Assembly (NCBI GenBank): GCA_036172245.1
Contig: JAYWIR010000025.1
Location: 1,302,001-1,366,000 of the forward strand
Reading direction: 5' to 3'
DNA: 64,000 bases
Source of the DNA: Raillietiella orientalis
Taxonomy: Eukaryota
The translations under genes were made by a program, and so were the position numbers. Positions 27,701 to 36,300 of the stretch are shown here, piece by piece. A model generated the notes under the pieces. It had not been told where the DNA came from and did no database searches. It worked only from the letters and a program-made list of their open reading frames with translations. The stretch's first letter is position 1, and every line of letters begins with the position of its first letter.

Positions 27701-30700
27701 TCCCAATGGACCGGTCTGATTACCCGGCAACCCGGGTCGGAGGGGCCGGCCACCTCAACGCCCCTCGAGGAGCGCCGCCGACTTACCCTTGGAACATAGC
27801 TCCAGGGCTCCCGAGGCGTCCACGGGAGTCTCGGCCAAGCATCGCGCCCGCCTCGCCGCGATACGCGCTGAGGTCCTGCGCAGCCTCCCGTCGCGGAAAG
27901 CGGGACGCCTTGTCAACGCTGCTCTGCCACGGGAGCCACACAAAACTTCCTGGGAAGCGGGAAAGAGGCGTGCTCGCAAGACAAAACAAACAAAAAAAAA
28001 AAAACACGGCGGAGATTCATCGTAGCCAACGTTGTCAGGAGGTTGTCACGGACCCGAACTTGAACTTCCGACTCACCGCGCATGCTTGACTGCGAGCGGA
28101 AGCGTCACGCGGGTTCAAATATCCTGCCAGAGCAACGCCAAGCGTCGCGGCGCCGAGACGTGGCGAGCCAGTACGAGTGCCAGGGAACGGCGGTGACCCT
28201 CGGAGGCCTCTGGTGCGCGAGGGCGGCGGCAGAAAATCCGCCCTGATCTGCCTGCACGCCTCTTGCCCATAGCTCGGAGCGACCTCGACAAAGGCGCTCG
28301 CGTCCGCTGCTGCTCCCTGGAGAGCACCGCATCGCGGAGGGGGGAAAGTCGACTGACCGCGCGTAGAGGGCGCTACTTACTCCGGGCGTAGCCGCCTGGG
28401 GGCCGAAAGGATACCTGGTCCATTCCAGCAGAGATTCTTCGGTCGTGTCCAGCAAAACAACTGAAAGTAGAGGTGAAAGGTCACACGGAGCTGTCGTCAC
28501 GAAAAGTAGGAGCCGCCCTGCTTGTCCCGAACCCCGTAGCTACGTTGAAAAAGGGGCCTTCGGTCGTCCCACCCCCCTACCCCGATGAAGACCCCGGCGT
28601 GCCGCGGGTCGTCGAGGTTCCTCCTGTGCGCGGCTCACCCGACTGCGCGCAGCCGGTGGCAGCCTCGCGAGTGTGGAGGAAAGTAACCCCGGGTTCACGT
28701 CCTTCGTCTTGCAACGGACATACGCCTGGTGAGTGCGCAGACGTGCCAGATGAGCCTGGAGTTCCCGAGTGGACGCATGAGTGGCTCCTCCCCCGCAACT
28801 GCGTCCACAACCGAGCGGTGGGGACCGCCAGAGTTCCCTGAGACGAGAAGGTCCGGCGTGCACAGCATCCTTCGTACCAGGAGTCGTTTTTCCTTTCGTC
28901 GTTCCGTTCCCGTCAAGCCTGCTGGTCAGCCCGATGTTCTCCCTCCTCCTTTTCCCCCTCCTCGATGGGAAGGTCGGCAACCCTGGCGACCCGTCTTCGT
29001 GCCTGCAGGACGTCGCGTTTTCCGCCTTCCCCCTCCCGGAGCGACCGGGTGGCAACTCCCGAGGTCAACTGGGGAAATTCACCCGCCCGCTGGCGAAGCG
29101 TGGGAAGAGTAGCTCATCCTGCTGGAAGCCGGACAGCCGCTGCTGCACGGATCCGGGAAGTCGCGAGCGAGCGGCGGCGCGTGGAGACGGCCCGCGTGGC
29201 GCGCGCAGAGGAAGAGAGTCGACCTCACGGAAGGCCCGAGGGCAGCCTGCCAGGCGAATCCGCACATCCCGGGCATTGTCCTCGGCAGGAGATCTTGGGC
29301 CGCCTCCAGAGCACGTCCCTGCCCGTCCTCCGCCCGTCGGAGGGTCGCGCACTGGAGTGTCCTTCCCCATGCTGTGAGTGTTCGGCGGTGTCCCATCCTG
29401 CCGCGCGCGCTTTATAAAAGGGCAGGACCTGCTTTTCGCCTGGGGCGCTCTCGCACGCACCGCCGGCGTGACTCCGCGGAAGCGTTCCCACGCGTGCGCA
29501 GAGATGAATGCCGGGGAAGTCGCATCCGGAGAGCGGCGCGGGCGTTCCGGGGAAGAGAGCGGCAGCTGCCGCCGGGGAAAAGCGGACGGGAAGTCGCCGC
29601 CGGGCGCCGCGGCCTTCGGCCGGGCCCGGGAAGTCCCCGCGAGCGTCTCCTTCCTTTCTGACTTCTTCCTCTTCTCGTTACTGCTGCTGCGCGAGGAGCT
29701 GCTCTCGCGCACGTACACGTCTTGCTCGCGGCCGAGATCTCCCCTTCGCGAATCACGCATCCCGCCGCCTGGACCACATCTTGGAGCGCACACACCTTCG
29801 AAAGGGAGTGCGCGCCCGCCGAAGGGGCTAAGGCGAAACAAAAGGAAGCGAAAGAAGCCGACGTCCTGCCCGGCCAACTTCCGCCGACCGCCGCCGCCGA
29901 CACTATCGCCGTCGGAGACTGACACTCCCCGCGATACTGCCCGGGGGCACAAGGGGGAAGGGGGAGAAGGGAAGAGGGATCCCGAGTGGCCATGAGAGAG
30001 ACGGAAACGACTCCGCGAGCTGATCTCTGGGCGAGCAGGTAGGCAGACGCAACGGTCAACTTGACCAGACAACACAGCACGAGGATGTCCTCCGCTGCAG
30101 GGAGTCCGCAGAGGATCGGGGGAACAGGTCTGGAGGAGAAGAAGCGCTGTACCGGGACGGAATCGCCGTGCTTCGCGGTGGGGGCAGGAAGAGGGCGGTC
30201 CTGACCCCACAACTACCCTACAAGAGAGCCTCAACATGGAGAGACGAAAGGGGTGGGCGGACTGTTCTCTCCCTCCCTCTTTCTGCGGATAGGTGGAGGA
30301 GGAGGAAGCCGTTGTCAAGGAGACAGGATCGTTTTTGATGGGCGTCTCATTGCGTCGGGGTGGCGACGCGCGCAGCTGCAGAGGCGAATCCGTCCATTAG
30401 TCCTTCGTCTCCATAAACAACGCGAGAGAGACGGAGGGAGGGGAACCCACGAACTTTGCCCCAGGGGACACGGCATCGATCCGGGGCCTCGGGGAGCGAG
30501 AGCGTGATCGCCGACGTTGTCATTGACGACCGGGAAAAAGGGCTCTTTGCTTGGCTCGCTCCCGGCATACTGCGCGGCCGGCTGGGTTTTCCCCTCCCCC
30601 CTTCTCCTGACTCTAAGAGAGGGAAAAGGGGGGTGCGCGCGCCCTTCCGCGCAGGGTGGTCCGCGTCGTCGTCGCCGACGCATGCAGACCTGCCAGGCTC

Positions 30701-30814
30701 ATCGCACGGAACGCGAATCCGTCTGTCGGCGTGGACTGCGCCACAGGAATAAGGGGTCTTCCCTTTGTGAGCGGGAGTAGTAGCAGTAGTAGTAGCAGTA
30801 GTAGTAGTAGTAGC

Positions 30815-30846
<32 letters not shown>

Positions 30847-31943
30847 GAGGAGGAGGAGGAGGAGGAGGAGGAGGAGCAGCAGCAGCAGCAGCAGCAGCGG
30901 CGGCGGCGGCGGCGGCGACCTCAGTCGCATCGGCTCCGATCAGGAGGACGACTCCACCGCGCACCGGGTGCGCCTTCGGCAGGGAAAAAAAAGCTGGGTT
31001 TCCACGGATACACAACGGCAGGGCGCGCTTCCACTTGCGCCTCCCTTTCTCCCCCTCCCCCCTTTGTCTGCCCCTGCCCTTCCCCCTTCGCAGGAAGGGG
31101 CCGGTCCGCCCGGCTTTCCCGCGACGACAATGCTGCGCGGGTGCCAACTTGCACCAAAAAGCTCCCTGTCAACTGTTGCCGAGGACGCTTGCAACCACGG
31201 CAACCGAGAATTAGAAAGCAAAAAGGAAAAAACACACACACAGACACACACACACACGAGAGAGAGAGAGAGAGAGAGAGGGAGAAAGGTCGCATACGCA
31301 TGCACGCACGCATGGACGCATGCACGCACGCACTCGCGCACGCACACACACCTGCGGTCGTAAATCTTCCGGCGAGGGAGTTTCCGTTCCCCGGGAAGGA
31401 GATTCGGACGGGGAGGGAAGCACCGGGATGGGCGCACCCGGCAGAAGGGCGGACGAACACAAGGTGGAGGAGCAGCAAGGGACCCGCAGCCCTCCGCTGG
31501 CCTCGCCGGAGGCAGCGGTGCCGGGTCTGGGCACTGCTCCTGTCCTGACACGGAGGAAACGGACGTGGCCGCGTTCGTCCGGCTTCCTCCTTCGCAGAGG
31601 GAGGAGTGCGACTGACCGGATTGCCGAGGGAGTTTCGGCGCGGCAGACCCCACTGAGAGCCCGCCGATGCCATTCGGCGGAGGGAGAAGGGGCCGCCAGC
31701 CGCGTGCGCCGTGACGTCAGTCCCGCGGACCTGCCGCCGCCGGGAGGGGAGGAGAGAACGGCGGCGGGCGGAGGAGGGCGGTTCGCGGGACGCCTGGGGG
31801 CATCCGGCGCTCTCTCGCTCGCGCCGCCGCCACTCACCTTCCCTAGGCACGTGAGAACAGCTGCCGGTCAACAGGAGCGCGCCGAGAAGCGCCAGGCGCA
31901 GCAGCATCCATGTCGGCGCTTCAGGCGCGCGGAAGACCTGCAT
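14681..31943 (-). CDS. Eph: Eph receptor tyrosine kinase, spliced gene: join of 31943-31838, 28460-28381, 23299-22633, 18295-18140, 18084-17915, 17853-17709, 17659-17372, 17326-17215, 17157-17090, 17014-16997, 16046-15993, 15935-15795, 15732-14681 (1018 aa)
   Basis: All junctions are GT..AG with matching phases. Eph hallmarks: [30 protein letters not shown], two FN3 repeats, [51 protein letters not shown] ([14 protein letters not shown]) and C-terminal GFLV. Confidence 0.97.
15795..15935 (-). CDS. Eph: Eph exon: juxtamembrane tyrosines and kinase start ([35 protein letters not shown])
   Basis: Branch point GCTAAT, acceptor cttccag|TA and donor GGAG|gtttgt; 141 nt. Confidence 0.93.
15993..16046 (-). 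CDS. Eph: Eph 54-nt juxtamembrane cassette exon ((M/V)[17 protein letters not shown])
   Basis: Acceptor ttgttattccag|TG and donor ACGA|gtaggt; symmetric phase 1-1. Confidence 0.7.
16997..17014 (-). CDS. Eph: Eph 18-nt microexon (GLILTY), probably alternative
   Basis: Branch point CTAAC (about 17049-17053), acceptor tgcttcacag|GA and consensus donor ACA|gtaagt; symmetric phase 1-1. Confidence 0.75.
17090..17157 (-). CDS. Eph: Eph exon 9: juxtamembrane ([22 protein letters not shown])
   Basis: Acceptor attgcag|G and donor GAAG|gtatgt; 68 nt, phase 2 to 1. Confidence 0.9.
17215..17326 (-). CDS. Eph: Eph exon 8: transmembrane helix ([28 protein letters not shown])
   Basis: Acceptor tgcag|CT (an in-frame alternative AG lies 9 nt downstream) and donor CG|gtctgc. 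Hydrophobic span followed by basic residues. Confidence 0.88.
17372..17659 (-). CDS. Eph: Eph exon 7: FN3 repeat 2 ([10 protein letters not shown]...YEVRYF...[17 protein letters not shown])
   Basis: In-frame acceptor ctcag|TG and donor TTAA|gtaacc; 288 nt. Confidence 0.92.
17709..17853 (-). CDS. Eph: Eph exon 6: FN3 repeat 1, second half ([30 protein letters not shown]...TTEAA)
   Basis: Pyrimidine tract then AAG|GAG tandem acceptor; donor GCAG|gtaggc; 145 nt. Confidence 0.88.
17915..18084 (-). CDS. Eph: Eph exon 5: FN3 repeat 1, first half (QPPTIPLNL...[19 protein letters not shown])
   Basis: Acceptor tttctcgcag|AG and donor TAT|gtaagg; 170 nt. Confidence 0.9.
18140..18295 (-). CDS. Eph: Eph exon 4: EGF-like Cys-rich region (VCPPGKYK...[10 protein letters not shown]...ECT)
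   Basis: Acceptor ttttttctgcccccag|TC and donor ACCC|gtaagc; 156 nt, phase 1-1. This frame is not in the ORF track; translated by hand. Confidence 0.93.
19711..19768 (-). repeat. 58-bp direct copy of Eph last-exon sequence (14938-14995) inside intron 3
   Basis: 57/58 identical, same orientation; both read [19 protein letters not shown]. Confidence 0.95.
20930..21375 (-). repeat. Dispersed repeat copy A (unclassified), in Eph intron 3; boundaries approximate
   Basis: Reverse complement of 21324-21350 matches 41794-41820 at 25/27. Further colinear blocks: gagtccgttcctctca, ctccttcctc(a/g)ttctctcc, cggaaaggatc..ttctccggaggga. Confidence 0.75.
22633..23299 (-). CDS. Eph: Eph exon 3: ligand-binding domain and Cys-rich region (WVEESF...NQTCT)
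   Basis: Acceptor ccattccag|TGG and donor ACAG|gtaagc; 667 nt. Contains [25 protein letters not shown] and LCKGDGRW motifs. Confidence 0.97.
28381..28460 (-). CDS. Eph: Eph exon 2: start of ligand-binding domain ([27 protein letters not shown])
   Basis: Acceptor ctactttcag|TT and donor GGA|gtaagt; 80 nt, phase 1 to 0. Confidence 0.93.
30776..30916. repeat. Compound trinucleotide microsatellite (AGT/AGC)n-(AGG)n-(AGC)n-(GGC)n, 47 triplets, Eph intron 1
   Basis: Read directly from the sequence. Confidence 0.95.
31231..31351. repeat. Compound (AC)n-(AG)n-(GCAC)n microsatellite, Eph intron 1
   Basis: Read directly from the sequence. Confidence 0.85.
31838..31943 (-). CDS. Eph: Eph coding exon 1: signal peptide ([35 protein letters not shown]); alternative in-frame start at 31907
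   Basis: Hydrophobic signal-like stretch ending at donor GAAG|GTGAGT. Phase 1 joins exon 2 to give E-V-VLLDTT. Confidence 0.85.
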
Positions 31944-32301
31944 CCGTGGATTACCTTCCGCCGCGGTTGCGGGCTGCTGCTGCTGGAGAGCCGAACTCGT
32001 TCTGAGTACGGAGTGGCCGGCAGGGGCGCTGCGCACGCTCGGGGCTTCCACGACCTTCGTGCGGCGAGCCAAAGTCCATCTGCAACGAGGAGAAAGAAGC
32101 CGCCATGAATACCGAGTGGTCACTGCCAGGGGGCACCCATCCTCCTGGTAGCGTCCCCTACTCGGACTCTAGACACCAACCGAAAAGCGCCGGTCCCCTT
32201 GCTCGTCTCTTGGAGACGCCGGCGGAGGAAGGTCGGGCGAAGGAGGGGAAGAGGAAGAAGGGGAGGCAACGTTGCTGTTGCCGCAGCCGCCGGAAGGCAA
32301 T

Positions 32302-32307
32302 CGCCGC

Positions 32308-32339
<32 letters not shown>
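32302..32339. repeat. (GCC)n followed by (GGC)n repeat upstream of Eph coding exon 1
   Basis: cgccgccgcc followed by about 9 GGC units. Confidence 0.85.
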
Positions 32340-33399
32340 AAGCCTCCAGGAGGCGGCGGCCGCGCGGTCTCTCTCGAGCTTCCTCCCTCGCACGGCCCTC
32401 CCGCCTTTGTTTCCCGGGCGAACAAGGGCACAGAGAGGGTGAGGGGAGGGGAAAACCACGGACGGAAAAGCTGAGGCGGCGGAGTTCTACGCTGGCCCAC
32501 AGTGGCGTTTCCATGGAGAACCCGGGGCTCCTTTCTGAGGAGCAAAGGCCGTTCTCCGCTGCCCCACGGTGGCGTTTCTATGGAGAATTCGGGGTTCCTT
32601 TCCGAAGCTGCGGCGGCGCTGGGAGCACGAGCGGAGAGGGAAAGCGGATCGCATGGGCATCCCTAGAGACGTCGTCGTCGTTGGTAGGCGTACATTCCGA
32701 CGCCTGGCACTAGGGGCGAAAGGGGGGGCACGGGTGGTGGGCTGCGCGGCTAAGGACGCTCACCTCCTTCTAGTAAATATTCTTCCCCCCCCCCCCCTGC
32801 CCTGGTGCGCCCCGCCCTTTTCTCCGCATGCACCCTGCCTTCCCCCAGTGCGTTACCCAGATACTCACGTCCAGCCTGCGCCTTCGCTGGCGGGGGGCAG
32901 GAAGGCCAGGGGAGGGCGTGGGGGAGAGGGGGGCAAGTGGGGGGTGGGGGGTGGAGAGGGGCTCACGAGTGCTGCTGCAGCAGCTGCGCCAAGGGGTGCG
33001 GAGACGATGGCGCGCCTTCGGCGGGTGGCAGGGATGGCACTCTGCGCATGGGGGCTGCGGCCATGGCCGACGGGCGTTCCAGGTCACTCGCAGCAGCACC
33101 GGAGAGGAGGCGCCGACGGGGGGCGCGCGCGCAGAAGGAAGGCGGCAGCTCGCAGGCGGGGAGTTCAGGTCGCACGCTGCCACGTCTGTCGGGTCCGCTC
33201 GCACACTGGCGGGCCGCCTGCCGCGAGGCGGCGTTCGCGTCTGGGAGGGAGGGAGGGGGGGGGGGAAGCGCGCTCGCGCGAGTGCGCCGCCTCCGAGGAA
33301 AAAGCGGAAGAGGGAAGGGGCGCGCACCAAGGAGCGGCTCGCCAGTCCAGAAGCGCTAGCTACCTGGGGAGCTGGGGGAGTGAGAAGAGGAGGGAAAAA

Positions 33400-36300
33400 C
33401 CTCTCCCGCTGGAAGGCTCGTCCGCTCGTGGTGACCCTGGGGGCTCGTCCAGCCGGGGTTCTCGTTGCCACCCAATACGTGCCCGGCTGGTTCATCCCGG
33501 TCGCGTGATAGGGTCCTTCCTTCGAACTCGGGAGCACTCCGAAGGGGTCCAGAGCGAGCAGATTCAGCGGAGACGAAGGGAGATCCCAGGGACCTGACCA
33601 GGACCTGTAGCATCCGGGAGGTACATTCAGGGAGCTGCAACCTTCCGTGGAAGGGGAAGGGTTCCTCACCGGGCATTGTTGCCTCCTGTCCTCCCCAGTG
33701 AGCTTGCGGCGCCGAAGACGTGACCTTTCCGTACCAGGGCGCTTCGTGCGAGCATCCGGTCATGAAATTCCCCTCTTCCCTCCCCTCTGCAACCGCAGGG
33801 GATTGAGGAAGGTGACCAAGGTCGCGTCGTCCTCTCTCCCCACCCCCACCCCTTCGTCCGGGGAAACAGCAGCCCTATCTTTGCCGCGGCACGTCCAGGC
33901 TCCTTCTTTCGTTGCCGCCCCCGCGGAAGATCGTCCTCGCCGTCGTCCCCGAGACCCGGATAATCCCCGCACCGCATGGAGCGGCACGTCTGCCGCAACG
34001 CCGTGGGCGGCCACCTGCATTCCTCCCGGCGAGTTCCCATCTTTCTGCTCACCGATCCCAGCAACGGGGGCGGATCCCTCCCGCCTAAAGCAGCGGGAGG
34101 TGCCGGCGCACACCTTAGGTCGGGAGACCGACCGTCCAAAGCAAGGAGGACAGCTCCCTTGTCAGGGAGAGAGGATGATGGGAAGTGGAATTGAAGATGA
34201 GGAAGGGAGAGGAGGAGGTGCGGATATGGGACGAAAAATCGGAGGAAGAGGATGATGGGAGGAGGCATTGAAGAAGAGCAGGAATAGAAGAGGAGACGGG
34301 TGGAGAAGGAGAGGGAGAGGAGAAATTAAAGAGGACGAGAGAAAGGGAGGTGTATGGTAGAAGACACTGAAGAGGAGAATGGGAGGAGAAAGAGTGTAGG
34401 AGAAGGAGAAAAGGCGATGAGCGTCGCTCCCGTAGCCCTGAGCCTCCGTATCATCATTCTCCGGACACGGGCGGCCCCTCCTTCGAAGGGAGAAGGAGAA
34501 TCGGATCCTCTGCTCTTTGGATTCTTTTCTCTGTCTCTTCCCCTTCTTCCTAGTTTCCTCCCTGTCTCCGTGGATCCTGCGGCAGCCAGGTACGCTGCAC
34601 GGCGGTGGAGCGATTCCATTCTTGCCCTCGAGCGTGGGATGTCCGATCTCTGCTGACGCTCAACCTTCCCCGGGCACAATGCGGTGTTAGCGAGTCTCTG
34701 CCTGATCTACTCCTCTCCTGCGTCAGGATGTCTTTCTGAACTGCCATCCTGCTCATCTTGCTCCCCCAAAGGTGGAGTTCTGTGGGTCGGACTACATCCT
34801 TCCCCCTCCGCAGCATTTTGTAAACTGGAGTCAGTGTTGGGGAACGAACTGCTGGTTTGCAGCTTCCGGCCTCTCTTCCTGGACCAAGATTTCAGAGGAC
34901 GAGGGCCCCCTCACCTTCTTCCTCCGGACCCGTCGGAAAGCTCCGCTTCCTGCTTGAAGTTTTCCTCCCTCCCCTGCCCCCCCCCTCCAAAGCCACGTGG
35001 GCAGTCGGCAGCAGGCACGCCTTTTGACGAGGATCCTCCGGACACCCAGTGCTTTTGGTCAGAGGTCAGAGACCATTCTCCTACTTGATCGGCACGGGGC
35101 GACGGCCGACGGCCACCGAAGGTCCTCTTTCCGGGAATTTGGAGCTTGCCAGGGCGACCGCGACCGCAACGGAAGGACCTCCGGCGACGAGCTGTACTCG
35201 ATGGAGTGCCACGGCTCTTCCACGGAAGCCGAGCTCGTGCACCCCCACCTTGGATCCGGGACCAGCAGCCACCAGCAGCAGGAATGGCAAAAGTCACAAG
35301 TTCGAGGAAACACCGCCTCAGCTGAGGCTCGAAAGTGCTGCGGGCGACTTTGGCATTTCCTCCAAGGAACGGGGTCAGAGGAAAGGAGAGCCTATTCGCG
35401 CCCAGGACTCCCAAGAGCCAGTCGGAGGGGCATGAGAGTGGCCGTCGGGACGGAGAGAGGACGATGGAAAAGCCCAACCAAGTCCCTCCTCTCCCCTGCA
35501 CCTGGCAACGGGAGGTCGAATGCCGCGACCCCGAAGGTAGCCGTCAGGCTAGGCACATTTCGGGCCCCGCCGAGGGAAGGAGTTTCCACCCCACTCCGTG
35601 GGGCGGGGTGGCGGGCTGCTGCTACTCGCAGCCGAAGCAACAGGCGCTCACCCGCGGACCGGCAGGTAGGGGCAAGGAAACTGCTGGTTGGCCGGGGGCA
35701 ACAGGGGCTCACGAGGGAGCGAGTCGCTCTCAGCTATCTCGCGAACGGATCGAGCGCGAAGAGTCGAAGACATTCTTCGCGCGCGCCCGGGGAAGGAGGG
35801 CTGCTGCTGCCGCATCCGCCGCCGCCGCTCTGTCCACGATCCTTATCTCGTCCGCTCCACCACTGGGGAAACAAGAGCTCGGAAAGAGTGACCGACCGGC
35901 AGGGTCAACAGAGTCTGTCAGGGAGGAGGGCGAGAGAAGGAGAGAGGGGATCGGAAGGGAGTGAAGAGATGGCTGGTCCCGCGGCTCCGCAGGCCTCGGT
36001 CTCTGTGGGCCGCGGGAAACGACAAAGGGCGGCAGGGAGGCGCGGCCTCATGCGGAGAAGGACGGACGCGGAAAGGTTTCGCCCTGGGGGCGCTGCTCGT
36101 AGGAACGGTTCCGAGAAGTCTTCGGTTCCCTACCCCCTTCAGGGAAGGGGGGGGGGGGAAGGGAAAGAAAGAAGAGCGCCCACCTGTTTTTCCCGGAGGA
36201 ACGAAACTGGGAAAAGGAAGAAGCAAACACACACACACGTGGGTTCCAAGAAGGAGCCTTCCAGGCATAAGCAACGACAAGAGCGTTTGGGATCTGTTTT

